This document shows, piece after piece, positions 52,530-64,000 of a stretch of 64,000 nucleotides of DNA. The notes under the pieces are model-generated. The model saw only the letters and a list, made by a program, of their open reading frames with translations. It was not told where the DNA came from and did no database searches. The translations under genes and the position numbers were made by a program. The DNA lies in contig CP158635.1 in the NCBI GenBank assembly GCA_050273025.1, positions 25,606,001 to 25,670,000 of the forward strand, in the 5' to 3' direction. Origin of the DNA: Cenococcum geophilum (taxonomy: Eukaryota). The first letter of the stretch is position 1. Every line of letters starts with the position of its first letter.

Positions 52530-54779
52530 CCCTTGCAACGTTGGTGTCCTACTGCAGGTGGCCTGTGCGGGAACACCAGAATCAGAGCTATGTAGAAGCT
52601 TCGCAGATAATATAGGTTAACTTAATCATCAATTAATTAACTATAATGCCTTCTAATCGTGCCTTTCTTGATCCTAATATTGTCCAACCTACTAAATACA
52701 TCGTTCCTTTAACTTGTGTAGCAAAAGAACTACCCCTAGAGCCTTGGCAGCTGCCTAAATTTAAACCCTTTATTATTAACGATTATAATACCTATAGCGA
52801 GCCAATCCTCCCCCTAAATACCAATATAAGTGATCTAATGGCGCTATTCAATCTATTTTATATAGATGAGATAATGGATAAGCTTATGGAGTAGATAAAC
52901 GCGTATACGGATAAACAGCAGAGCCTTAAGGATGAGGACGAGCTATAAACGCGTTGTAGATGGCTCCTAATATCCAGAAAGGAACTATACGCATACTTTA
53001 GTATACTAATTTATATAGGCATTACTATTAAATTAGCCATTAAGGATTACTGGGGCGATTTAGAAGAGGATGGCTGCAGTTATATGGTGAAAAAATACAT
53101 CTTAAAAGACCGCTTTTAGCAGCTTGATCGTTATATTAGAGCTACTAAATCCCAGCCCTAAGACAATAATTCATCTAAATTAACCTTTAATCGTATTAAC
53201 GACCTTTTAGAGCACCTATAAGTCCTCTACTATAAGCTCTACAATCCTAGAGCTTACCTTGCTGTTAATAAGACAATTCAACGCTTTATGGGAAGGGCTA
53301 GTGAGATAGTTAATATTCCATTAAAACTAACACCTAAAGGCTTTAAAATATGGGTTCTAGCTAATAAGGGCTATATATTAGATTAGATCTATTATGCTAA
53401 AGGCAATAAAGGTCCTATTGACCTAGACTCCCACTTTATAGAGGTAGAAGGATTTAGCAATATACAAGCTATCGTCCTTAATTTCCTTACACAAAAGCAT
53501 AAGATTACTTAGCAGCGACTCTACCCTCTAGGAAAGCACATCATGTGGCTTAATAACCTCTTTACTAGCGTTAAACTATTTCGAAGACTTTGTAAGCTTA
53601 AGGTTGGAGCGGCTAAAACAGTTAGAACGGCAAAGACATAGAATAAGGAGTAAGGGCAGGATTCTATAGATATATTAAAGGATTCCAAGGGCCGAAAAAG
53701 GAAGGAACCTCTAGAGTAAATTAATGTTAAGCTCTTAAAACTTAAGCTTGTGCATTCAGCCTAAATTCCATAGGGGACGCTCTACGGATCTACTTTAAAA
53801 GATCATTAGGTAATAGAGTTTGCTTAAAAGAACGCGAATATAGTCCTTTTTATAAGTACTATACACAACGGTAAGCTCTATAAATTATTCTATATTATAG
53901 ACAGCCTTAATACCATACTAAAACCGTACTAACGTTATATATCGCTAGGTTAATCCTACGTTATAACTTAATAACGATGACCTATAAAAACGGCTATAGG
54001 AGCCGCCTAAACCCGTAAGATCTTTAGTAATAACGTCCGCAAAGAGTTACCTATCCCTGACTTTATAGACGAGTATAATTGCTATATATATAGAGTGGAT
54101 ATTATAGATTAGCTGCGGAGCTATTATAACACACAGAGAGCGTATAGGAAGACTTGGAAGCCTCTATTCCACTTCCTACTTAATACTATTATTAGTAATT
54201 ACTATCTGCTATTATCTTATAGGCTAGTAGATCGATATTACTGCCGTAAGAAGTCGCATAAGTAATTTAGGAAGGACCTACGCAAAGCTCTCTTCCAGAA
54301 CTCCACACGGGCTCAAAAACACCCCTCTTACGCTATACCTTCTAGGCCGTTAATTAACAAGATAATATAGGAACCTGTAGTAGAATATAAGCTTATTAAG
54401 CTTGGCGAACGGCAGCAGAATTGCTCTGGCTGTATTAAAGCTAGAAAGATGACTACAGAGCCTTATATGGCAAGAAGGAAGCCTTTGGCAGATCTCTCTA
54501 TTAACACCACTCGGAAAGAGAGGACTAGTAAGGACTGGAAGCATCGCCAACGCGTGCCAAGAACTCAATTTGGGTGCAGTGTATGTAGAATTCCGTTCTG
54601 TAGGAAGGGCGATTGCTAGAGCGCCCATATTAAACGAATTTCCACTAAAGATTGAGTGTAGATATTAAAATATATATATTTATTGAGCTTTATATTTCTT
54701 ATCACGGCTCTAAGATTCTAACGATCTAATTGGCTGGAGCTTATTGATAAGAATAGGACACGAATCAACGTTGCAAGGG
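52530..54779 (+). mobile_element. piggyBac-like element (2250 bp), RIP-mutated; transposase ~52646-54655 with intron
   Basis: TIR CCCTTGCAACGTTG / CAACGTTGCAAGGG. DDE_Tnp_1_7-type motifs LAVNKTIQRFMGR (=VDE), GFKIWVLA, WLNNLFTS (=DNLFTS) and VDIID*LRSYY. C-terminal Cys cluster GCSVCRIPFC. Confidence 0.88.
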
Positions 54780-55269
54780 ATAGGCATCCGCGTAAGCTTA
54801 TAGGCTGCGATATAAGCCACCTACTCGCTAGGTAGTAAGAGCAGCTTATATACAGTCTTCTATATCTAGCGCTTAAGGGCAACGAGGCATAGGTATAGAT
54901 TGGTGTATTTTATAGAGTTAAGATAGAAGAAAGTCAATTGTTTACTTCTAAAACGGCAGTATACTTCTTTAGGCAATAAGCTAGCCATAAGAAGAAGGCG
55001 GTCTGCTAGCGCGGTCATAACTCAGTAAGCGGTCAAAACCCCGTTAACCACGTTAGATAATTTATTTTTGTAGGGTTAAGAAATAACAAAATTGTTCTAG
55101 GTATTTAGGTTAAAAATTCGTCAGCTTTGCAGGTCTAGAGACACAATAATCATTTTCAGTAATCTGGTAGTGGGAATTGTTCGAGCGCGGCGGAGCACGT
55201 TTGCCAAGACTAAAAAGCGTCAGAGCGTCAGAGCGTCAGACCCTGTAGTGCCGTGGTGATAGCCATATA

Positions 55270-56823
55270 GAGCTGATGCAAGGATTTCCCCTAATGGCCA
55301 TTGCATGTCATAATATTCTGAGGTTTGGACTTCTATTGTTTCGTACTGGAATACAGGCCACTGTTAATTCCCTAGCTAACGTCATTTGGCAGCCTTTAAT
55401 ACGGCGGTGATTACCACGATAGCGACAGGCGAACAGAGAAAGGTGTGGATAGCGCATCGTATAGTATCGAAAGGCAATAGCGCTGGGGAGCTGGGTATAA
55501 CACGAAGGTAAACAAGTGACCTTGCTGTCGGAAGGATCTCGAGTCCAAGAAGGTGGAGAGGCAGCCTATTCGAGGGCTTGGGTCGACATCTGGTTGCAGA
55601 ATAATCGTGGCTATCATTGAGAGATTGCAGGGCTACGGGAGCACCCATTCATCGAGTAAGTTCTATCTCCTTCAGTAACATATCAAACCCACATTAACAA
55701 GCATGTTGAGATAGCCTAGCCGCGAAGGTCACCAAGACGGACTCGAGAAGACAGACTGAACAGCATCTCAGTAGGCAATGTCCTATCCTTCTACAAATAT
55801 TGTCCCATTCAACATATACAGTATTCGAAAACTTGCGTCGAGGACAACGCAGTGGCGGTTGATATTCTGGCAAGGCTGAGATCTATTCGGGAAAGCGGGT
55901 GGCTCGGATAGAGGCCTTTTTCGTCTTGGATAAGAGTCATGTCAGGGAATAGTAGGCCTAAGCTAATGATTCCGTCTACGGCACACGTTAGTGCTAATGG
56001 CAGTGAAATGACATAGGAAAATACCCTGCTGATCCCACTGAAGTGGCATCACCCAGGCCAGCAGGAGGTTGGTCTAAAGAGGCTATACTCAGCGCTGCGA
56101 CTTTGATCGTTATGATCCTGCTGCCATGTATAGGTGTTCTGTGGAAAAATAATAAAGTGAGGGCGTTCTGCAGGAGGTGGTGGGATCGAGTGTGTGGACG
56201 AGCATCTCGTACGTATTAGCTTCGCTAGTCCTTGCTCGGATCAGTCTTCCCATCTACACCTTCGCCGGCAAAGGTCGTACGGCTATCGTTGATGCCAGAC
56301 GGTGTGGCAGCCAAATTGATCAAAGCGCCACTTTCCTGATAAGCCTAGCGCAATGCGCTCATGTATGAAGGCATTTTACGTCGTTCAAAGTTCTAGTAGC
56401 ACTATAGCTCTGAATGAGCTAGCCGAAGAGTTCCAGGGAGCCCCGCTGACCGATGTAGGTACCGATTTAGACATTGAGACGGGTATGCTACCCAAAAATC
56501 ACGGGGATGATGGGGCTCTTATCATTCTTGATACGCTTATATCAGAGACCGTAAGGGAGCAGGAAGGCCGGGCTTCGACAAAGAGACAGCGCTTGGTATC
56601 TGACCAGGAAGTAAAGCCAGAGAACGAATCGAGTGCCGGGCCACAAGCACAGCCGAACGTTGTGCCGAAGGTTCCTCTAGCAGGTGCTGAGAGCAATAGC
56701 GGTCGTTCAAGTGTTGTTGTAGCATGGAATGTCGAACTACCTGCCGCAAGGATAAGACAGCAAGAGGACTATCATGACACGGTCAGTCGGATGCGAGGGT
56801 TCCGGCTGGAACGACATCGTTAG
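55270..56823 (+). pseudogene. Probable degraded intron-containing gene, product unrecognised
   Basis: Plausible introns 55323-55392 (GT...GCTAAC...CAG) and ~55656-55714 (GTAAGT). Exon frames contain stops. 156-aa ORF at 56353-56823. Confidence 0.25.
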
Positions 56824-57512
56824 TTCGATTTAGTAGGAGATGAGAGGGATGAGTCGACTTAAGGGGAAATGTTGCGGTCGGTGCGGAGTGAAAACGTGTA
56901 ACTAGGCAAGACGGGAGGGGACGGTCGCAGTTTGCGACAAGCTGATTTAAGGGAGAGATAGCTCGGGCTGTAATGTAATAGAACCTCTATGACTTGTGAA
57001 TGATGAGTTTGGAGACGTAGTGTGATGACTTCAGAGGTAGAGGGCCATCAGACGAGAAGAACAAAGGTGCGGAGCTGAGGATTTGTCGGGTGCGTCAGGT
57101 TCGTAGGAGGGTGACGGCTATGCCAGTGGGCGGGCAGTTTCAATACCGACGCTTCAGTATCGTACCAGAGCGTCTGCAGCTTGACTTTGTCCCATGGAAG
57201 CCGCCCCGGCCAGCCGTCACCGCTAGCTCTCATGATTGGCCAGTCTTCTTTTGTTCACCTTGGCATGCAGAAAGTCAAATCGTGGCTTGCATTCGCTAGC
57301 TCTCATAATTGGCCATTCTCCTAGCCACTGTTGCAGTTTTTACGCCCAACGCCTAATTCAATCGATTCAACAGCCGCAAACGCCATCGGTAAAAACATGC
57401 TTCCGCTAGAGCGCAAGGCAAATGGTTGCCTTTTGCGAGCTAGGCTACTCACAGCCTTATGAAATCACTCCGGGACACCGTTCTTGGGAATTCTTTCCAT
57501 GCTTCCTCCCGT

Positions 57513-57649
57513 ACGTAAGTGATGGGGTTATGAAGGTGTCCCTAGTTATGAAGGTTTCGCACATCAAAACAAGCGCACAGACAAAATTTGTTTGCAAAAC
57601 CTGCAATCCTTCATAACTAGGGACACCTTCATAACCCCATCACTTACGT
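57513..57649. mobile_element. pogo/Fot1-type MITE (137 bp)
   Basis: 42-bp perfect inverted repeat ACGTAAGTGATGGGGTTATGAAGGTGTCCCTAGTTATGAAGG. TA on the right flank; left flank imperfect. Confidence 0.85.
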
Positions 57650-59640
57650 TAGTGATTGCCCTTCCGAAGCCGGAGCATTTGACGAAGAACACCGATGAAT
57701 GAAGAGGAGGTTAGGAAGCTGGTGCCATCAGTGGTAGGATGGACTGTCATCGGGCACGAATGGTCATTATATATTTCCAGCTTGTTACCTGACAACAGTA
57801 TTATACGTCATACCTCCTCTCTCTCTTTGGAATCTCCTTGCTTTTAGCTAATGCTTTATTTGTTAGATGTGCCAGGGTCCCTTCAACCGGTTGCAGGCCA
57901 GTACATCCACCCGCCACGGCATACTCCTCCTTCTTAACTTGTTGAAACGTGTCGCTGTCATGGCTTCCAGTAAGCTATGGCCCGCAATGCGAGAGATACT
58001 TAATGGGGACAGGGTTCGGGGATGGGGACAGGGTTCGGGGATGGGGACATCATTTCAGAGAGCCAGACGACAATAAGCTATAAATTAAAGAGATACGATT
58101 AACGACCGTTATAAACATCGTGAAAAGTCTTCACCTGCATCTTCCATTTCCATGTGACTTGTAACCTCGGACTTTCATGCTTCAGCACTTTGCTAGACGT
58201 CTGCCTCACCTTCGCATTCAACTTTATCGAAGCAGGGTCTTGCCGCCGCAGTTCTTTTCCGAACCGCCATATATTTTGTTCCAAGTCCACCCGCGATTAC
58301 CGCGCAGGCCGGTACTGAAAGTTGAGGACTCAGCCAATAAAGAAGTGAGCCTTGGCGAAAAGGCAATGAGATGGTTGAGTCGGTGTGTTTTGCTGCCCGG
58401 CACAAGGCAACAGCGAAACACTACTCCAAGTACACGTTATGGTATAATGCAGGATCAAGGATATTTGCTACATAAGTGCACGATGTCCAAGCCATGATGC
58501 GATATTATTATCTCTTTAGCTACTTCCGTCAAAGTCTTGCACAATAGCTCTTTTGCTACCGCAGTGGTCATTGCTTTGCTCGGAGACAGCACCTAAAAAT
58601 CCCCCAAATGCCCTTGTTCCGTATGCTGCTTGGCTCGTTTCTTAGCCTGGTAAGCTTTTTGCCTTAACTTCATCTATTTTTACCTCTAATTGTGTGTTTA
58701 CCGGGAGCACCTGGCCTGCGTATGAGCACTCTATAGCCCGGGCTGTATTGGGTTTTGGCTCTATATTCACAGCGGTGCGGTCGCTTTCTTTTAACTGGAA
58801 TTAGAAACACCATCTATTGTATTTAAACCATCTACTTCCTTAAACACCTTATCATGCTCTAGGTTGCTCCCCTCTAACTCAGACGCAGAGTTTAACAGGC
58901 TTTGGCCTGCGTTTGTGGCAATATCTAGGTGGTCAGGGCCAACAAAATTCGTCAATACTGTGTCGCCTTAGCTGGGCTGTGTGTTACGTTCCTTTCAGCA
59001 TCTTCAATATGGTGGAACCGCAGCTTGTCGGGGGGTAAATGGTGGAGGCGAAGGCGAGGGGTAGCCTTTGGCTTAATAGGTTAAAGACCGGGGGAGCGAC
59101 GAAGTGCATCATCAGAGTCGTAGTATAAGCTAGACATAGGAGGACACAGAAACGTGAAATGTAGTCGGTTAGGAGGTATAGGTAGGAGAGGGGATCCTTA
59201 GAAGTATTTGCTTGTTGTTCGCTTGGGTGTAAACGTCCTACTTCCTCTTTCGTAAAGTGGATCGTAGCTTTGACCGCGCTAATGTCTGGGAAACGCCACA
59301 AAACCAATGGTATGGCTAGAGCGGGTCGGCCACCCTCCCTACTAGCGTAGTGAAGGGGTAAGAACCTTTGCCACGTATATCGCCACGTTTTGTAGAAACC
59401 TCTAGAATCTCTAAGCTAGCTATAAGACCGGGACGGAACTAATAGAGCCTACTAAAAAAAGGCCTTATTATAATATAAATTTATACTATCCTCTAGACCC
59501 CTCTATAAAATAGAGATTATAGAAAATATATATATATATTATATTACTGTTACTAAAATAGGTTTTCTAATTAAACTTTAAGAAAGGCAATATAGCTAGA
59601 TAAATACCTAAAGCATATTATATCCCTATAAATAGCTATA

Positions 59641-60330
59641 TGTAAGGGTACTTTTGGTCCCTTACTCGGCTACATCCCGGGAGCTCTCAGGGGCTGCCAA
59701 GGCTAGCCTTCGGCTAGGCCTTGGCCACCCCTTATAAGCTCCTCGGGCTTGCAGCCTCCTTCCTCCCCCATCGGTTCGTCTCTCTCCGTACGAGGCTATT
59801 GCCTACTCTTTACCATATCGTCCTCTTCCATCGACTCCCTATGTGACTCATGCTCGGCTTGCCTGCTCCCTACCGTACACCCTGGCAATACTGCCTCATA
59901 CTATATAAGTTGGCTGATATTTAGAAAGGAACTAAAGGAGATATTATTCTATAAAAAATACCTAATATTCTATTATAAAGATAGTAGGGTGTTTTTTTCT
60001 CTAATAGGAAGGAGTATTAGAGAGAGAGATAGAAAGAAGGATTTGTTCTCTATTTATCTCTAGTATCGGAGGTCCGGGTTAGGCTTGGCATAACCTCGGG
60101 CTACGCACGAACCCCCTAAGGTCCTCGACATATCGTCTACATATTACCCCCCCCCTCTAGGGGGGTGGCCCCTACTTTTCGGACGCGTTTTTGAGGCCTA
60201 GGTTAGTACTGGATTAGTATGGAGGTTTTTGTCGCGCGCCCTCGACCTTATTGTCGCCTTAATAATCTATTTTCCAACCCTCTTCTGTCCTCGTGCCCGC
60301 GCTGGCTCCTAGCTTACGCGGGGCTTCTAA
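59641..60330 (-). mobile_element. 3' LTR (59641-60141, 501 bp) plus PPT and a short internal remnant of a minus-strand LTR retrotransposon
   Basis: TGTA...TACA ends. A poly-purine tract (reverse complement of CCCCCCCCCTCT) abuts the LTR at ~60147-60160. Confidence 0.65.
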
Positions 60331-60339
60331 TTTTATATA

Positions 60340-63300
60340 GAAAGGCCTACTGTAATTCTAATTCTATAATATAGAGCCCTCCTCTTCTTCTTTAATATTT
60401 ACGCGTTTAGTAGCTTTATTTACCCGCGCCGCGCTTATTGACCCGAGGTACGAGTGGTCTATTACTTTCCTGTCCCAATTTTCAAACTTCGCCAAGCCTA
60501 TCTTTAATTGGTTTAAAAACTTTGCCAAGCTCGCTTTTGATTGGTTTAAAAAATGTAGCGCGTGGTAAGTTATGGCAGAATCCACGTAACGAACATTAAA
60601 ATATTGCGAACGTCAAAATATCTCAGTATTCCTTTTTTGTTAATACCTTAATTAATACCACTATATACATTATAAACGTAGTAAAGCCTACTGTAATTAA
60701 GTATATCAAGTACTATATCTATAAGCCCTGCATTAACTTTATTAAAGACGGCCCGTTAAAGAAGCTTTTAAAGCTATACCAGCTATGTTAGTTAAAGGCA
60801 CGTTTTACCTATATATTACTTTTACTTATACTTACTTTTCTAGAACTCTATATCTATTTAAAAAAAAGCGGAAAGCTCTTATAGGGCTAGGTTCTACTAC
60901 TAAGAATTATTTTACAAGGCGCTAGCGAACTACTTAACCTAAAAATGACCCTAAGAACGCCTTCCTGCCTCGCGGCCAGAATAGCCAAGATACCCCTAAA
61001 ATAGCTTAACGGCGGAGGATAATTAGGGCAATACAATGGGAGCACCGCATTCTTATTTGGCAGGGTAAAGCTTACTCGCCTACTCCTCTACTATATACTA
61101 TAAATAAAGCTAAAAGGGGCATTTAAGAGAGCCTAAATGCGTCCTTGCTAGGACTAGCTCTAATACCTACTCTAGCGCCAATACCTACCTTAGTATTAAT
61201 ACCACCTTCCTCACAGCAAGCTCCGGCTTCAGCTATACTATACCCCATTTTAGCTATTAATTGGGAGTAAATTAAGAAGTTTAGAAGTATACTATAGGCT
61301 AAATATATAGAGATATATAGTTATTATAAAGAGCGGTGGTTCTAAATAGGCCTAGCTATAAAGGGTAACAATATAGGTATATACAAAGCCTACATTAGGG
61401 ACGCTAATAGCCTTAATAATCTAACCCTTTTTTCCCTATTTAGTAAAAGCAACGAGCTTAATCTGGGGCCTATTCCTAGCTTCCTACCTATACTTACCGC
61501 GGTAGAAAAGCTTCTAATTACACGCGTATACGTTTATCTGCAAGTTATACGTATACGCGGCCAGTAATATCGCTATATTAGCTATATCTACTACTTTAGC
61601 CAGAATATACCAAAGACTTAAAGGCAGCTACTACGACTACCTACTAAACTTAATATACTAGTCGTGAGGCCTACGGCAGTAAAGGGTGGTAAATACCTAA
61701 ATCGGCGGTTTACCAAGCGGTATACTACAAGGCGCTCTGCTATAGTACAGTGGCTTTACTTTCTAAAGGTTAATTATCCTAATTATTATAATATTAAAAT
61801 ATATAGTACCTGGCTTACCAGCTTACCCAAAAATAGCTCTATATTAGAGTAGCTACCTTATATTAATAAGTTAGAGTTAGAGTCTAATTTTAATAGCCTA
61901 TCGGCTTACCTTACTACTTCTATATAACGTCCTTCTGCTTTACCTACTAAGCTTAGTAGTAATATACCGGACAGCAAATTTAATAATAACGTACTAGATA
62001 CTCTGGTTCCTAATCTAGTGCCTAACCTTAATAAATTAGAGCTTTTAGGTCGCAAGGTTTAATACTAATAAGACCTATAAGCAGGGCTAGAGGCTCCTAC
62101 TATGCGGCAAATACCTCTCTTTAAGCAATTAGCTAGTTTTATTATACGCAGCGCCTTTCCTACTCTATTTCCTTATAGTAAAGCCAACTTTAATATACTA
62201 CAAAGCCATATAGTTACCCTAGCTGCGTACGCCAAGCATATACTTAAGTATTAGGACGGTCGGTTTAGCCACTATCCCTTATTTCGCTACTATATGTTTA
62301 ATTAAATTATAAAAAAGTAAGCCCTTAACACCACCCGCTTCCTTTATAGCCGATTAAATAAAAATAGTCTATCTTTAGATAAGCTCGGTAATCTTATAAA
62401 TAGTAGTAAGGGTAACTAGATTCTAAATAAGATTATATAGTATATATAGAAGCTTAAGGGCACTAGGCCTTACTAGAAGCAGAAGAGAAATAAGCTTATA
62501 GCTTATACTAAAAATATTAAGAGCGGGTCTCTATTCTTTACACTTAGCGCTACTAATCTATATTAGTATAATCTACACTCTTATATACCTTAATTTAATA
62601 AATATAAGGCTACTAATAAGGCTTAGCGCTACCGAATTACTTCTTAGAATCTTAACAATAATTTACATATTGCTGCTTACTAGCTGCATTGCCGCTTTAA
62701 TCTATTTAGGAAGCACATGCTTATAGGTCTATTTAATAGCACTAACTTTTAGTCCTAATATAAGTGGTAGGTATAAGGTAGCGGCTATATACATAGCTTC
62801 TTATAGAGTTTAATAGCCCTAAGGCTAGATCCGTTAACTAGTAAATTAAGGACGGCTTTTACTAAACACTAGGCTACTTTTATATCTATAATAAATCCTA
62901 ATCAATCTAGGCCTCCCAATCTTTAATATCCTTTTACTCTTAGCTATAAAGAACAGCTTAATACTAGTAAGCTTCTTACTACCTGCCTTAATTAATTTTA
63001 ATAGCACCGTAATTATACTAAATCTTACTGCTTAAGATTAAAGAAAGGCTCCGCTAAAGCGAAGGAGTGCCGCTTTTACTTTTTACGCTCTCTCTGCAAT
63101 AAGGCCGCTGTATTAAAGGATTAAAATCTATATCACTAGACGTTCTATCCACAGCGTAACAATGGGCTTCTTAATAGCTATAATTCAGCTATAATACTAG
63201 CGTAGATAGCAAATATTAATACATCGCCCGCTATAAGCATATTAGTAATAGTTAACTATATAGGCAAATATTGTAGCAAGAAAGAGAAGAAGTTAACTTC

Positions 63301-64000
63301 CTACTAGGAGTTACTCTAATTAATACAGCCGCACGCCAACAGTCTTTATACCTTTAGTTTAATAGTAGCTAAGTTTATAAATAAGCTTATTACTAAACGC
63401 GATTAGTTAGCATAGAAGGTATACTATTTACTTCTTAATATTCCCCTTTCTAAAGGCTTAAGGAATGTAGTAACTTTAAACTACCACTAAAAGGATAATT
63501 AAAGCGCTATATATAAGCTTAAGGATAGGCAACTAAAAGGGTACGGACTATCTAACTATAAGAAATATAAGCGCCGCCTAAATAGGGTAGAGGACGTTAC
63601 TTTCCTTAATTTTCTACTCTATTTTAATTACTTTACTTATAAGCGTTAACTAAGAGCAAGGCCTTAAGTTATATTATACTTTCCGCGATATAAAGGCGAT
63701 CCTTCCTATCTATAGTATCCTAAGTTCTACCATATAAAGCTTATTCTTTATCATCTATAGAAGGAGTATAAGGAAGTGGCTACTTATACTAATAGATTTG
63801 GGGCCCTTAATTATATAGCTTCCTATTAGGCTTATATTAACTCTTATTAGTATCTACCTAACTACTTCTATAATCGGAAACTAGAGGAAGGTTATAAAAC
63901 TGCTAATAATATTAACAAGTTTAAGGGCGATTTCGCAGACGACTTAAAGCTATACTAGTCCTTTAAGGCCCTATATACCCGCGTTTAAAATACTAATAGA
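60340..64000 (+). mobile_element. RIP-mutated Helitron (Rep/HUH region), continuing beyond the window; 5' border uncertain
   Basis: LTAVEKLLITRVY...RGQ*YRY ~61495, AFPTLFPY, DGRFSHYPLF, FFTLSATNL (=SAADL), YKW*V*GSGYIH (=YEWQ.RGSGHIH, HUH) ~62760 and YIGKYCSK ~63260. Confidence 0.88.

Larger units (their letters stand above)
20879..55053 (-). mobile_element. RIP-mutated Fot1/pogo (Tc1-mariner) element split into four pieces (20879-21606, 27952-28069, 52133-52529, 54780-55053); 3' end truncated
   Basis: 5' TIR ACGTGGTTAACGGGG next to TA at 55054-55055. ATG at 54890. After reversing RIP the pieces read ADAYGVP (HTH), NMDET, DGSREW, HSTHLLQPLD and IKSAFKATGLFPFNP, in order across the insertions. 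Confidence 0.85.

Noticed and set aside
59695..59725. TAGCCTTCGGCTA hairpin as a Helitron2 terminus
   Set aside because: It lies inside the 501-bp LTR, ~600 bp from the Helitron region and separated from it by the PPT.
20879..64000. Starship element
   Set aside because: No tyrosine-recombinase (DUF3435) captain or Starship-type boundary was recognised. The block is explained by nested conventional elements.

Overview
Filamentous ascomycete (Pezizomycotina) genomic DNA. The left ~20 kb is gene-rich. It holds a decayed GIY-YIG-like gene, a GH72 (Gel/Gas) glucanosyltransferase, an intron-rich Obg-family (YGR210C-like) GTPase, a Pex24/Pex29-type peroxin, a Pom1-like DYRK kinase, a frameshifted Egh16-like gene and several short DNA-transposon derivatives. 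From ~20.9 to 55.1 kb there is an AT-rich, RIP-mutated nest of transposons whose borders can be read from target-site duplications (TSDs). A Fot1/pogo element was hit by a chromodomain Ty3/Gypsy, by a piggyBac-like element with an unusual 2-bp AT duplication, and by a small non-autonomous LTR element encoding a WW-domain/coiled-coil/zinc-finger protein. The 3' LTR of that LTR element holds a ~11-kb AcademH-like DNA transposon with a 9-bp TSD, hairpin termini, a DUF6589-type transposase, a convergent RecQ-like helicase and two tandem intron-containing Zn2Cys6-like accessory genes. Two Tad1-type LINEs sit inside the AcademH-like element. A less mutated 1.25-kb non-autonomous copy of the same family lies at 2.6-3.9 kb. 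The right end has a pogo MITE, a 3' LTR and a RIP-mutated Helitron Rep running off the window. All protein assignments come from motif recognition by eye, often after mentally reversing RIP (C>T, G>A). No database searches were run.
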